Notes: generated from the sequence alone by a model not told the origin. Counted from the stretch's first letter, positions 49,739 through 60,496 are shown. The stretch: 64,000 bases of DNA from Actinomycetales bacterium (GCA_038230235.1 JBBRNQ010000001.1:23918-87917), one strand, 5' to 3'. A program made the numbers and translations.

Positions 49739-51214
49739 ATGACCTCGTCCCCCAGTACCAGCCCGCCAGTGGTCCTTTCTCTGCCGGTGGGTATCCCCGC
49801 CAGCGGCTACCGAGCCGAGACTGACCCGATGGGCTCGATCCCGGTCCCGGCCGAAAAGTACTGGGGCGCAGAGACGCAGCGCTCACTGGAGCACTTCGCG
49901 ATCGGCGAGGACCGCATGCCTGTGGCCCTCTGCCGCGCCTATGGCTACGTGAAGAAGGCGGCTGCCCTGGTCAACGGCCGGGACGGTCGGCTGCCCCGGT
50001 GGAAGGCCGATCTGATCGCCCAGGTCTGCGACGAGGTGATCAGTGGCGACCTCGACGAGCACTTCCCTCTCTACGTGTGGCAGACCGGGTCCGGAACCCA
50101 GACGAACATGAACGTCAACGAGGTGATCGCCAACCGGTGCATCCAGCTCGTGGGCGGCGTCCTCGGCTCCAAGGACCCCGTCCACCCGAACAACGACGTC
50201 AACATGAGCCAGTCGTCCAACGACACCTTCCCCACCGCGATGCACCTCGTCACCCTGACCGAGATCACCCTTCACCTGGTCCCCAGTGTGGCGGCCCTCC
50301 ACGCGGCCATCGACGCCAAGGCCCGGGCCTGGGATGACGTCGTGAAGATCGGCCGGACCCATCTGGAGGACGCCGTCCCGATCACCGTCGGCCAGGAATG
50401 GTCCGGTTACGCCCAGCAGGTCACCGACGGTCTCGACCGCCTGCTGGCCACCCTCCCGGCGCTGCACCAGATCGCCGCTGGGGGGACTGCAGTGGGCACC
50501 GGCCTCAACGCCCCCGCAGGATTCGACACCGACATCGCCGCCGAGCTCACCCGGCTGACGGGACGTCCCTTCGTGACCGCCCCGAACAAGTTCGCCGCCC
50601 TCGGAGGGCTCGACGCGATGGTCGCCGCCTCAGCCGGGCTGCGCGCCCTCGCCGTGCCCCTGATGAAGATCGCCAACGACATCCGGTGGGCGTCCTCAGG
50701 GCCCCGATGTGGGATCGGGGAGCTGGTCCTTCCCGCCAACGAGCCCGGCAGCTCGATCATGCCGGGCAAGGTGAACCCCACCCAGTGCGAGTCGATGGTG
50801 ATGGTCTGCATCCAGGTGCTGGCTGACGACGGCGCAGTCGCCTCGGCGGGGAGCCAGGGCAACTTCGAGCTCAACACCATGCGCCCGATCATCATCAACA
50901 ACGTCCTCCACTCGATCCGGATGCTCAGCGACTCCACCCGGCTGCTGCGCACGTTCTGCATCGAGGGCATCGAGCTCAACCGCGAACGGATCGACTCCAA
51001 CGTCGACCGCTCCCTGATGCTCGTGACCGCGCTCTCCCCTACCCTCGGCTATGACGCCGCCGCGGCCATCGCCCAGCGCGCCGACCACGACGGGACGACG
51101 CTTCGCGAGGCCGCCCTGGCATCCCACGCCACCACCGCCGAGGACTTCGACCGCATCATCAACCCGAAAGCCATGACCGGACCCCAGCCCGTGGCCTCGG
51201 GCACCCGACAATAG
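49739..51214 (+). CDS. fumC: Class II fumarate hydratase
   Basis: WQTGSGTQTNMN, SSNDTFPTAMH, KIGRTHL, GSSIMPGKVNP. Confidence 0.95.
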   Translation: MTSSPSTSPPVVLSLPVGIPASGYRAETDPMGSIPVPAEKYWGAETQRSLEHFAIGEDRMPVALCRAYGYVKKAAALVNGRDGRLPRWKADLIAQVCDEVISGDLDEHFPLYVWQTGSGTQTNMNVNEVIANRCIQLVGGVLGSKDPVHPNNDVNMSQSSNDTFPTAMHLVTLTEITLHLVPSVAALHAAIDAKARAWDDVVKIGRTHLEDAVPITVGQEWSGYAQQVTDGLDRLLATLPALHQIAAGGTAVGTGLNAPAGFDTDIAAELTRLTGRPFVTAPNKFAALGGLDAMVAASAGLRALAVPLMKIANDIRWASSGPRCGIGELVLPANEPGSSIMPGKVNPTQCESMVMVCIQVLADDGAVASAGSQGNFELNTMRPIIINNVLHSIRMLSDSTRLLRTFCIEGIELNRERIDSNVDRSLMLVTALSPTLGYDAAAAIAQRADHDGTTLREAALASHATTAEDFDRIINPKAMTGPQPVASGTRQ

Positions 51215-51270
51215 GCACCTGGCCAGGGTTGGTGTTCGAGCGACGGACAAGATGCGCACGACATCGCAAG

Positions 51271-51303
51271 GAGGCCGCCTCCGCATGGTGCGGAAACGGC
51301 CTC
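51271..51303. terminator. Hairpin between convergent fumC and tRNA-Pro
   Basis: gaggccg cct ccgca tgg tgcgg aaa cggcctc. Confidence 0.6.
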
Positions 51304-51321
51304 TGACCTGCTGACTCTCCG

Positions 51322-51395
<74 letters not shown>

Positions 51396-51670
51396 TCGGG
51401 CACCCCGTCAACCGGAGACCCGGCTGGTGGAGCGAAGCAAACCTTAGCGCACCCGCGATACGCCGCTGACATCGGCACACACGCCTGAACGCGGGCGGCG
51501 CGGTGGGACTACTGGTGCGACGCCGATCACGGGCGGCTGCGGCGTCGTGCCGGTCGTGCGAGGTGGTGCGAGGGTGGCGCGGTGCCCGGTGGCCCCACAG
51601 GCTGGGGGTGTTCGCCGGCCCGGGCAGCCGGCAGCGCGACCCCGAGCAGGCGACGACGAAGGAGGCCCCG

Positions 51671-52123
51671 ATGGGCCACGACGAGACCCCACAGCACGAC
51701 GACGCCGGTCCCATGACCCGGGCCACCGAGCACGCCGGCGACGACAAGGTGACCCGACCCGCGACGGGGCACACCTGGGGCGCCTCGGTGACCAGCCTGG
51801 TCGGACCGACGGACGAGACCGTGGGGGCGGTCGACGTCGACGAGCCCCGCGTCCAGGAGCAGCAGTCCGTCGCGGAGAAGATCGAGGCCGCCATCGTCGC
51901 GGTGAGGAAGACACACAGCGGGACGCACTCGCGCGAGGTGGTCATGGATGCCCTGCAGCGCGAGCTGGAGGCGCGCGGACGGTGGCCGCAACCGCAGCCG
52001 TGGCTCGACGCCGTGGCCACCGAGGTGGAGGCGGGCGGCGTCTACACGACGGGGACCGACCCCGCGGACCCCGTCGAGCCGCACGACACCCCGAGCGACC
52101 TGGCAGGGAACGCCGCCCGCTGA
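51671..52123 (+). CDS. Hypothetical acidic protein
   Basis: Strong AAGGAGG RBS before ATG 51671; 150 aa, no recognisable motif. Confidence 0.7.
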   Translation: MGHDETPQHDDAGPMTRATEHAGDDKVTRPATGHTWGASVTSLVGPTDETVGAVDVDEPRVQEQQSVAEKIEAAIVAVRKTHSGTHSREVVMDALQRELEARGRWPQPQPWLDAVATEVEAGGVYTTGTDPADPVEPHDTPSDLAGNAAR

Positions 52124-52157
52124 CCGAGCGGTGAGGCCCCACGCCGAGGGGGACGGG

Positions 52158-53660
52158 TCAGCGTCGGCGGCGCTTCTCCTTGACCCTGACCGACACCTCG
52201 ATGGGCGTGCCCTCGAAGCCGAACTGCTCCCGCAGCCGGCGCTCGAGGAAGCGCCGGTACCCCGCCTCGATGAAGCCGGAGGCGAAGACGACGAACCGCG
52301 GCGGTCGCGTCGAGGCCTGGGTCGCGAAGAGGATGCGCGGCTGCTTGCCTCCCCGGACGGGGTGCGGGTGCCCGGCGACGACCTCACCGAGGAAGGCGTT
52401 GAGCCGGCCGGTGGGGATGCGCTGGTCCCACGACTCGAGAGCCACCTCGAGCGCCGGCACGAGCCGGTCCATGTGCCGTCCGGTGCGGGCCGAGATGTTG
52501 ACCCGCGGAGCCCAGGGGATCTGCACGAGATCGCGGTCGATCTCGCGCTCGAGGAAGTGACGGCGCTCCTCGTCGACGCTGTCCCACTTGTTGTAGGCGA
52601 CGACGAGCGCGCGGCCGGCGTCGATGACCTGCTGGATGACCCGCACGTCCTGCTCCGCGATGCTCTCGCTGGCGTCGACGAGCACGACCGCCACCTCGGC
52701 CTTCTCCAGCGCCGTCTGGGTGCGCAGGGAGGCGTAGAAGTCGGCCCCCCGGGTCTGGTGGACCCGGCGACGGATGCCGGCGGTGTCGACGAAGCGCCAG
52801 GTCTTCCCGCCCAGCTCGATCATCTCGTCGACCGGGTCGCGGGTGGTGCCGGCCACCTCGTCGACCACGACGCGGTCGCTGCCGGCGAGCTGGTTGAGCA
52901 GGCTGGACTTGCCGACGTTGGGTCGGCCGAGGAGGGCCACCCGGCGCGGCCCGCCCCGCGCGTAGGCGTCGCCGACGGTGGACACGTCGGGCAGCACGGC
53001 GAGGACGGCGTCGAGCACGTCACCGCTGCCTCGCCCGTGGAGGGCGGAGACGGGGTAGGGCTCGCCCAGGCCGAGGTTCCACAGGGCCGTGGCGTCGGCC
53101 TCGAAGCGCTGGTCGTCGACCTTGTTGGCGACGAGGACGACCGGCTTGCCGCTGCGACGGAGCAGCCGGACGACGCCCTCGTCGGTGTCGGTCGCACCGA
53201 CCACGGCGTCGACGACGAACATCACGACGTCGGCCAGCTCGACGGCGATCTCCGCCTGCTCGGCCACCCGCAGGTGGATACCCGTGGCGTCGATCTCCCA
53301 CCCGCCGGTGTCGACCAGGGTGAACCGTCGGCCGGCCCAGTCGGCGTCGTAGGCGACGCGGTCACGGGTGACTCCCGGCACGTCCTCGACGACGGCCTCA
53401 CGGCGGCCGAGGATGCGGTTGACGAGCGTCGACTTGCCCACGTTGGGGCGACCGACGACGGCCACGACGGGCAGGGGACCCTCCGGGCCTTCGTCGTCGG
53501 GAGCCCCGTCACCGCGCTCGAGCAGGTGCAGGTCGTCGTCGTCGAGCTCGAAGTCGTCGAGTCCCGCGCGCAGGGCCCGCTCGACCGTCAGGTCGTCGTC
53601 GCGCCCCGCATCGGTCAGGGGGACGACACCGGGGTCGGTGGTATGGGTGGGGTCGGTCAC
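52158..53660 (-). CDS. der: Ribosome biogenesis GTPase Der/EngA
   Basis: Two G-domains (GRPNVGKS x2, DTGG/DTAG, NKVD/NKWD) and a C-terminal KH-like domain. Confidence 0.96.
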   Translation of the reverse strand: MTDPTHTTDPGVVPLTDAGRDDDLTVERALRAGLDDFELDDDDLHLLERGDGAPDDEGPEGPLPVVAVVGRPNVGKSTLVNRILGRREAVVEDVPGVTRDRVAYDADWAGRRFTLVDTGGWEIDATGIHLRVAEQAEIAVELADVVMFVVDAVVGATDTDEGVVRLLRRSGKPVVLVANKVDDQRFEADATALWNLGLGEPYPVSALHGRGSGDVLDAVLAVLPDVSTVGDAYARGGPRRVALLGRPNVGKSSLLNQLAGSDRVVVDEVAGTTRDPVDEMIELGGKTWRFVDTAGIRRRVHQTRGADFYASLRTQTALEKAEVAVVLVDASESIAEQDVRVIQQVIDAGRALVVAYNKWDSVDEERRHFLEREIDRDLVQIPWAPRVNISARTGRHMDRLVPALEVALESWDQRIPTGRLNAFLGEVVAGHPHPVRGGKQPRILFATQASTRPPRFVVFASGFIEAGYRRFLERRLREQFGFEGTPIEVSVRVKEKRRRR

Positions 53661-53880
53661 GAGATCGCCTGTCGCTGCTGGAGTTCGGTGAGCCGGGTGC
53701 CTCACCGCGCGCCCTGTCACATCCGGGGTCCGGGGCGACGGCACGCGGACGCCCACCCCGATGACCGTGGTGGACGGCACCCGCAGCCACCCATTCTCCC
53801 CCAGCCCGAGCAGTGTCCGAGCCACCCGCTCCCGTGAGGAGGCACCGACGAGGGCCGGAGCCCACCGGGCGCCGTCCCGG

Positions 53881-54582
53881 TCAGCTCTGCGGCGGTCCGG
53901 GCGACTCGACCACCGGTGGCAGCCCGTCTCCGGCGCTGGCCCGGGCCACGTGGCCCGCCAGCCGCTCACGCAGGAGGTCGGTGGCCGCGACCAACCGGGC
54001 CCGGCCCCGCAGCGTCGAGCCGACCTCCAGGTCGAACGGCTCGCCGAAGTCGACCACCACCCGCGAGCGCAGCCGGGGCAGCGCGTCCGTGCTCCCACCG
54101 GGCACCCGGGTGCCCAGCACGCAGACGGGGACGACACGGGCGCCGGTCTGCAGGGCCAGCCAGGTGGCGCCCTGGTTGACCTGCTGCACGTCGCCCGCGC
54201 CGCGGGTGCCCTCGGGAAACACCCCCACGACCCCGCCCCGGCCGAGCACGGCGCGGGCAGCGTCGAGGGCGCGGCGGTCGCCTGTCGTGCGGTCGATGGA
54301 GATCTGCCCGACAGCACGCAGCACCGACCCGACCATGCCGTGGAACAGCTCCTGCTTGACCAGGAAGGTGATTGGTCGCGGGGCGACCGACATCACGAGT
54401 GGGCCGTCGAGCAGCCCGCTGTGGTTGGCGACGAGCACGAGAGGACCCTGCGCGGGGACGCGGTCACCTCCGGTGACCACACAGCGGTAGGCCAGCGGGA
54501 GGACCACCCGCCCCAGTCCCCGACCGACGCCGGCGCGCCACGCGGGTGGAGCGACCCGCAGCGCCCCGTCAGCGGCGGGCAC
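53881..54582 (-). CDS. Lysophospholipid acyltransferase (PlsC-like)
   Basis: NHSGLLDG (HxxxxD), FPEGTR; conserved position between cmk and der. Confidence 0.88.
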   Translation of the reverse strand: MPAADGALRVAPPAWRAGVGRGLGRVVLPLAYRCVVTGGDRVPAQGPLVLVANHSGLLDGPLVMSVAPRPITFLVKQELFHGMVGSVLRAVGQISIDRTTGDRRALDAARAVLGRGGVVGVFPEGTRGAGDVQQVNQGATWLALQTGARVVPVCVLGTRVPGGSTDALPRLRSRVVVDFGEPFDLEVGSTLRGRARLVAATDLLRERLAGHVARASAGDGLPPVVESPGPPQS

Positions 54583-55276
54583 CGACCACCGCCTGGACGA
54601 CCTCGAGCACCGCGGCGACGGAGCCCCCGAAGTCGAGCTCGGAGGTGTCGACGGTGACGACCCCCTCGCCTGCCGTGAGGAACGAGGAGACCGTGGAGTC
54701 GTCGCGGTCACGGCGCACCACCTGGTCACGCGTGGCGGCCAGGGAGTCGGCATCCGCCGCACCGTGCAGCTCGGTGGCCCGGCGGGCCAGCCGCGCCTCG
54801 ACGCTGGCCGTCAGCAGGATGCGTACGTCAGCGGTCGGCTGGACGACGGTCGTGACGTCGCGACCCTCGGCGACGCAACCGCCGGTGGCGGCGACCGTCT
54901 CGACGATCAGCTCCCGCTGGCGACGCACGAGGATCTCCCGCACGTCGGGGTTGGTGGCCACGGTCGAGACGGCCTCCGACACCCGCGACTCACGGATGGC
55001 CGCGGTGACATCCGTCTCGTCGACGACGACCGTGATGCCCTCGGGGTCGGTCGACAGCTCGAGCGGCAGCGACAGGGCCGCCGCGGCCACCGACCGCCGG
55101 TCGGCGAGGTCGATCCCCCGGTCGAGGCACCACCACGTCACGGCCCGGTAGGTGGCCCCGGTGTCGACGAAGCCGACACCGAGCTCGCGGGCCACGGCAC
55201 GCGAGACGCTCGACTTCCCTGAGCCGGAGGGCCCGTCGATCGCGACGACGAGGTCAGGTCCGGCGTGCGTGGTCAC
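54569..55276 (-). CDS. cmk: Cytidylate kinase
   Basis: AIDGPSGSGKSS, DTGATYR, EGRD, RDRDD. Confidence 0.95.
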   Translation of the reverse strand: MTTHAGPDLVVAIDGPSGSGKSSVSRAVARELGVGFVDTGATYRAVTWWCLDRGIDLADRRSVAAAALSLPLELSTDPEGITVVVDETDVTAAIRESRVSEAVSTVATNPDVREILVRRQRELIVETVAATGGCVAEGRDVTTVVQPTADVRILLTASVEARLARRATELHGAADADSLAATRDQVVRRDRDDSTVSSFLTAGEGVVTVDTSELDFGGSVAAVLEVVQAVVGARR

Positions 55277-55342
55277 GGGAGCACACCCTACCGAGGGCCG
55301 AGGGTCACCGTGCGCCGGCAGCACCCCCGCCGACCTGCGCGG

Positions 55343-56494
55343 TCAGTCGTGGACCCGCCACCCCCGCGCAGCGAGCGCCGTCTGCAGGTGCTCGACCGCG
55401 GTCGGCAGCACGTCGACCTCGGCCAGCCCGAAGGGGAGCCCGAGCCCGTGGTCGAGGCGGAGGTCCTCGAGGTTGACCCCGGCCGCGCCGACGTCGGTGA
55501 GCAGGGTGGCGAGGGCGCCGGGGGTGTCGGGCACCACCACCACGACCGTGGCGTAGGCGGTCGGGCCACCACCGTGCTTCCCCGGGATGCGGGCGTGCCC
55601 GGTGTTGCCCTCGCTGATGGCCCGGGACACGGCGGCGAGCGACCCCGGGGCGTCAGCCGCGGTGGCTCGCGCGCGCCCGGGGCTCCCGGTGACCGGCTCC
55701 TCGGGCTCCGGCGGCTCGACGAGCCCGGACAGCGCGGCAATGACGGTGTCGAGGTCGGCTCGCAGGTCGACCAGCACCTCACGCACGGCCTCGGCGTTGC
55801 CGGCGAGGATCTGGGTCCACAGGCGCGGGTCGCTGGCCGCGATGCGGGTGACGTCACGCAGCCCCTGACCAGCCAGGGCGACCGCGTCGTCACTCAGCTC
55901 GCGCAGGCGGCCCGCTACGAGGCTGGCTGCGACCTGGGGCACGTGCGACACGACGGCGACCGCCGCGTCGTGCTCGGCGGCATCCATGACCGTGACGACC
56001 GACCCCACCGCGCGGGCGACCTCGCAGGTGAGGTCGACGGCACCCGGGCTGCTCTCCGGTGTCGGTACGACGACCCAGGCCCGGCCCTCGAAGAGGTCGC
56101 TCCGGGCGGCCATGGCTCCGCTGCGCTCGCGACCGGCCATGGGATGGGAGCCGACGTAGCGGGCCAGGTCTCCCCCGTGACCCCGCACCCACCGCGCGAC
56201 CGATCCCTTGACCGAGGCCACGTCGGTGACGACGGCCTCGGGCCAACGGGACAGCTCGGCCACCACGGCGGCGCCGGCCACGTCGGGTGGGGCGGCCACG
56301 ACGACCAGCTCGGGCGAGACCCCGTCGTCGACGTCCGTCTCGGTGCCCAGCCGGCCGGCGCCGAGGTCACGCGCCAGCCGCTCGGCCGTCGGCGAAGGGT
56401 CACTCAGGGTGACGTCAAAACCCCTGTTGGACAACGCGATCCCGAGACTCGTCCCGATGAGGCCGGTGCCGACCACGCGCACCTTCCTGGTCAT
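55343..56494 (-). CDS. tyrA: Prephenate dehydrogenase with C-terminal ACT domain
   Basis: GTGLIGTS, DVASVK, HPMAGRE, HDAAVAVVSHVPQ, PDTPGAL. Confidence 0.92.
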   Translation of the reverse strand: MTRKVRVVGTGLIGTSLGIALSNRGFDVTLSDPSPTAERLARDLGAGRLGTETDVDDGVSPELVVVAAPPDVAGAAVVAELSRWPEAVVTDVASVKGSVARWVRGHGGDLARYVGSHPMAGRERSGAMAARSDLFEGRAWVVVPTPESSPGAVDLTCEVARAVGSVVTVMDAAEHDAAVAVVSHVPQVAASLVAGRLRELSDDAVALAGQGLRDVTRIAASDPRLWTQILAGNAEAVREVLVDLRADLDTVIAALSGLVEPPEPEEPVTGSPGRARATAADAPGSLAAVSRAISEGNTGHARIPGKHGGGPTAYATVVVVVPDTPGALATLLTDVGAAGVNLEDLRLDHGLGLPFGLAEVDVLPTAVEHLQTALAARGWRVHD

Positions 56495-56498
56495 CGCC

Positions 56499-57635
56499 TC
56501 ACATCCCGGCGGCGCCGTAGAGCTGCCCGACTTCCTCCGCGGTCAGGCGCCTGGTGCGGCCCGACTTGAGGCTGCCCAAGTGGATCGGACCCACCTGCGT
56601 GCGCACGAGGGTGATCACCGGGTGACCCACGGCCTCGAGCATGCGACGCACGACGTGCTTGCGTCCCTCGTGCAGCACGACCTCGACGAGCGCGCGGCCG
56701 GGCTGGCTGTCGACGAGGCGGAAGGAGTCGACCGAGACGGGGCCGTCGTCGAGCTGGACCCCCTCTCGCAGCCGCCGACCGAGGTCACGTGGGACCGGGG
56801 CCTGGATCTGCGCCAGGTAGGTCTTGAGCACCCCGTACGCCGGGTGCTGGAGCCGGTGCGCGAGGTCGCCGTCGTTGGTGAGCAGCAGCAGACCCTCGGT
56901 GTCGGCGTCGAGCCGGCCCACGTGGAAGAGGCGCTCGGGCCGGTCACCCACGTAGTCGGCCAACGAGATGCGACCCAGCTCGTCGCTCATGGTCGAGACC
57001 ACCTTGAGCGGCTTGTTGAAGGCGAGGTAGACCCGCGACTCGTCGAGGTTGACCCGGGTGCCGTCGACGTGGACGACCACACGGGCCGGGTCGACCCGCA
57101 CACCGAGCTCGGTGACGACCTGTCCGTCGACCGCGACCCGCCCCGCGGTGATGAGGTTTTCGCAGGTGCGCCGCGAGCCCACGCCGGCAGCCGCCAGCAG
57201 CTTCTGGAGCCGGACGCCGTCAGGATCGTGGACGTCGACCTTCGGGGCCTCGCGCCGCTGCGGCAGACGGGTGGGCTGGCCCGGGCGGGTCGACCCCGCG
57301 AACCGGGGCCCGCTGGTGCGGCTGCTACTGCGCCCTGTCGGCCCGGAGTCACCCCTGCCGTCGCGTCCGTCGCGTCCGTCGCGTCCGGCTGGCTTCCCGC
57401 TCGAGCCGGTCCCGCGACCTCCGCCGCTGGACGCGCCACCGCGCCCGCCGGCGCCGCCGCGGCCACCCGCGCCGCCGGTACCGCCGCCCGGACCGCCACG
57501 GCCACCGACGCCTCCGGCCCGGCCGCCTCCCGGGCCGCCGCGGCCCGCTCCTGCCCCCCGCCCGGCGCCACCCGCACCACGCGAGCCGCCCGAGCTGCCA
57601 GAGCCGCTCGATCCGCCGCGCTGCGCGGGACTCAT
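56499..57635 (-). CDS. rluB: rRNA pseudouridine synthase (RluB-like) with long Gly/Arg-rich N-terminus
   Basis: S4 domain RLQKLLAAAGVGSRR, catalytic GRLDADTEGL; follows scpB with ATGA overlap. Confidence 0.9.
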   Translation of the reverse strand: MSPAQRGGSSGSGSSGGSRGAGGAGRGAGAGRGGPGGGRAGGVGGRGGPGGGTGGAGGRGGAGGRGGASSGGGRGTGSSGKPAGRDGRDGRDGRGDSGPTGRSSSRTSGPRFAGSTRPGQPTRLPQRREAPKVDVHDPDGVRLQKLLAAAGVGSRRTCENLITAGRVAVDGQVVTELGVRVDPARVVVHVDGTRVNLDESRVYLAFNKPLKVVSTMSDELGRISLADYVGDRPERLFHVGRLDADTEGLLLLTNDGDLAHRLQHPAYGVLKTYLAQIQAPVPRDLGRRLREGVQLDDGPVSVDSFRLVDSQPGRALVEVVLHEGRKHVVRRMLEAVGHPVITLVRTQVGPIHLGSLKSGRTRRLTAEEVGQLYGAAGM

Positions 57636-58288
57636 GACCGCCCCTGCTCGACGAGCTCGTCGAGGGCGTCGATCTCCGGCAGGAACGGCGCCAGCGCAGG
57701 CAGGTCGTCGAGCGACCCCAGGCCCATCCGCTGCAGGAAGTAGGGGGTGGTGCCGTAGAGGATGGCGCCCGACTCCCCCGCCTCGTCGACCTCAGTGATG
57801 AGGCCGCGAGAGAGGAGGGTACGCACGACCCCGTCGACGTTGACCCCGCGCACCGCGCTCACCCGAGCCCTCGAGACGGGCTGCCGGTAGGCGATCACGG
57901 CGAGGGTCTCGAGGGCCGCCTGGGTGAGCTTGGCCTGCTGCCCGTCGAGCAGGAACTTCTCGACCACGCTCGCGTGCTCGCTGCGGCTGTAGAAGCGCCA
58001 GCCCCCGCCGAGGCTGCGCAGGGTGAAGCCTCGGTCGGCGGCTGCATACTCCGCCTCGAGGGCCGTGAGGTGAGCCACGACCTCGTCGACGGGCAGCTCG
58101 AGGGCCGACGCGAGGGTGACCTCGCTCACCGGCTCGTCGACGACCATGAGGACCGCCTCGAGCGCGGCCGGGGCCCCGCCGGGCAGGTCGCCGACACGGA
58201 AGCCGCGCGGCTCCTGCTCCTCCACGGACGCAGGGTCCCCCAGAGCGGCGCCCAGGGGCGCCTCCGTGGTGGTGGTGTGCTCAGCCAT
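57632..58288 (-). CDS. scpB: SMC-Scp complex subunit ScpB
   Basis: ALEAVL, GGGWR, LTQAALETLAVIAYRQP, RGVN, YGTT. Confidence 0.94.
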   Translation of the reverse strand: MAEHTTTTEAPLGAALGDPASVEEQEPRGFRVGDLPGGAPAALEAVLMVVDEPVSEVTLASALELPVDEVVAHLTALEAEYAAADRGFTLRSLGGGWRFYSRSEHASVVEKFLLDGQQAKLTQAALETLAVIAYRQPVSRARVSAVRGVNVDGVVRTLLSRGLITEVDEAGESGAILYGTTPYFLQRMGLGSLDDLPALAPFLPEIDALDELVEQGRS

Positions 58289-59273
58289 CGTGCTCTCCTG
58301 GCTCGGGTCGTGCGTCGGTCGGTGCGGAGGGTCCGGTTCGTTGCCCGGGAAGGTCTGCTGCCCCGGGAGGATCAGCGGTGGGGTCCTGCCCGGCGGTCGA
58401 GTCGAACTCGTCGAACTCGTCGACCAGGGCGACGTCTCCGTCGTCGCTGCCGGTCCACCGGACGGTGAGCTCACCCAGCGCCTCGGCCTGCTCGAAGACG
58501 ATGGACGCCTCCTTGAACAGCTCGAGGAGCGCCAGGAACCGCGCGACGATCACCACCGTGCTGTCGGCGTCGGCCACCAGGGTCCGGAAGCTCGCCGTGC
58601 GCTGGCTGCGCAGCCGTGCGACGAGGATACCTGCCTGCTCGCGCACGCTGACCTGCACCGAGTGCAGGTGCTCGAGCCCGACGGTGGGCGCCACCCTCGG
58701 GGTGAGCGCGCGGGCCGCCACCATGGCCAGCTGCTGCGGGGTGATCCCCATGACCAGCTCGGGCAGCAGGGCAGCGAACTGGCGCTCCATCCCCACCTGA
58801 CGTGGGGTGAAGCGCCCGGCCGTCACCATCTGCGCGGCGAACGTGCTGGCGATGTCCTTGAACGCGCGGTACTGCAGCAGGCGGGCGAAGAGCAGGTCGC
58901 GGGCCTCGATGAGTGCGAGGTCCTCCTCGTCCTCGGGGCCGGTCTGCGGCAGCAGCCGCGAGGCCTTGAGGTCGAGCAGGGTCGCCGCGACCAGCAGGAA
59001 CTCGGACGCCTGCCCGAGGTCCCACTCGGTCCCGGAGACCTGGGCCGCCTTGAGGTGGGCGATGAACTCGTCGGTCACCTTCGCCAGGGCGATCTCGGTG
59101 ATGTCGAGCTTGTGCTTCGAGATCAGCCCGAGCAGCAGGTCGAACGGACCGGAGAAGACGTCGAGGTGGACCTCGAAGGTGGTGGACACCGCCCGCCGGG
59201 TGAGGACGCCACCGGGCACGGTCGGCGGGGCGTCCCCGTCGACGCCGAGGTCGACGGGCACTGCCTGGGCCAT
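58281..59273 (-). CDS. scpA: SMC-Scp complex subunit ScpA
   Basis: FSGPFDLLLGLI, EFLLVAATLLDLK, RFLALLELF. Confidence 0.94.
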   Translation of the reverse strand: MAQAVPVDLGVDGDAPPTVPGGVLTRRAVSTTFEVHLDVFSGPFDLLLGLISKHKLDITEIALAKVTDEFIAHLKAAQVSGTEWDLGQASEFLLVAATLLDLKASRLLPQTGPEDEEDLALIEARDLLFARLLQYRAFKDIASTFAAQMVTAGRFTPRQVGMERQFAALLPELVMGITPQQLAMVAARALTPRVAPTVGLEHLHSVQVSVREQAGILVARLRSQRTASFRTLVADADSTVVIVARFLALLELFKEASIVFEQAEALGELTVRWTGSDDGDVALVDEFDEFDSTAGQDPTADPPGAADLPGQRTGPSAPTDARPEPGEHDG

Positions 59274-59277
59274 GGTG

Positions 59278-60303
59278 TCAGGCCGCCCCGCCCCGCGCGA
59301 TGAGCTCGCGGGCCAGCTGGCGGTACGCCATGGACCCGCCGTGCGTCGGGGCATAGGTCGTGATGGGCTCGGCCGCGAGGGTCGCGTCGGGGAACTTGAC
59401 GGTGCGGCTGATGACCGTGTGAAAGACCAGCTCGCCGAAGTGGTCGACGACCGAGCGCACGACCTCGCGGCTGTGCAGGGTGCGGCTGTCGTACATCGTC
59501 GCGAGGATGCCGTCGGTCTCGAGCTTGGAGTTGAGCCGGTCGGTGATCTTCTCGATGGTCTCGAGCAGCAGCGCGACCCCGCGCATGGCGAAGAACTCGC
59601 ACTCGAGCGGGATGAGGACACCGTGTGCGGCCGTGAGCGCGTTGACCGTCAGCAGGCCGAGCGACGGCTGGCAGTCGATGAGGACGACGTCGTAGTCGTC
59701 GAGGACGGGTCGCAGCACCCGGGAGAGGATCTGCTCGCGGGCGACCTCACCGACGAGCTGGACCTCGGCCGCGGAGAGGTCGATGTTGGCCGGTACGAGG
59801 TCGAGGTTGGGCGTGTTGGTGTGCGCGATGATCTCGCGGATGTCGCGCCGGCGACCCGGAGGCTCGACCAGCAGGTCGTAGATGGTCGTGTCGAGCTCCT
59901 GGGCCCGCACGCCGACCCCGACGGAGAGGGCACCCTGGGGGTCGAAGTCGACGAGGAGCACCCGGCGCCCCAGCTCGGCCAACGCCGCACCGAGGTTGAT
60001 CGTCGTCGTGGTCTTGCCGACGCCACCCTTCTGGTTGCACATCGCGATGATGCGCGCGGGGCCGTGGGTCGTCAGCACCGGTGGGTCAGGGAAGTGCGGC
60101 AGGGGCCGTCCCGTGGGGCCGAGGCTATCGGGTCCGACCCGCTCGGTGCCCGGCAGCACCGCGTCGTGCCCGTGGTCGGCGTGGCCGTGGTCGTCATGCC
60201 CGTGGTCGGCGTGCCCGTGGTCGTGGCGCACGATCTCGTCACCCCGGTCACCGAGAGACTCGGCATCGGAGGTCTCGTGCGGGGGGGTCACCTCGGCGGT
60301 CAC
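59278..60303 (-). CDS. ParA-family ATPase (Rv1708-like)
   Basis: NQKGGVGKTT, DFDPQG, DCQPSLG, RTVKFPD; His-rich N-terminal repeat. Confidence 0.93.
   Translation of the reverse strand: MTAEVTPPHETSDAESLGDRGDEIVRHDHGHADHGHDDHGHADHGHDAVLPGTERVGPDSLGPTGRPLPHFPDPPVLTTHGPARIIAMCNQKGGVGKTTTTINLGAALAELGRRVLLVDFDPQGALSVGVGVRAQELDTTIYDLLVEPPGRRRDIREIIAHTNTPNLDLVPANIDLSAAEVQLVGEVAREQILSRVLRPVLDDYDVVLIDCQPSLGLLTVNALTAAHGVLIPLECEFFAMRGVALLLETIEKITDRLNSKLETDGILATMYDSRTLHSREVVRSVVDHFGELVFHTVISRTVKFPDATLAAEPITTYAPTHGGSMAYRQLARELIARGGAA
60166..60225 (-). repeat. 4 x 15-bp repeat encoding xDHGH
   Basis: gtgcccgtggtcggc-type units give HDHGHADHGHDDHGHADHGH. Confidence 0.9.
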
Positions 60304-60496
60304 GTGCTGGTCAGCTCTCGGTCGTCGGTCGTGCGGTCGGTCAGCATCACGCTGATCACCGCGACACTATCAGCGGGAGGCGCTCGGACAGGGCAGGCGC
60401 GTCGCGCGCCGAAACGGTTTTCGCGACGCTCGACGTGCACCGCAGCCGCAGGCTCCCAGACCTCGACCTCGACTGCAGGTGGAGGCCTCGTCCGGA

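Noticed and set aside
53661-54317. Long N-terminal extension of Der
   Set aside because: Overlaps the acyltransferase gene in another frame and has no conserved features; GTG 53660 is more plausible.
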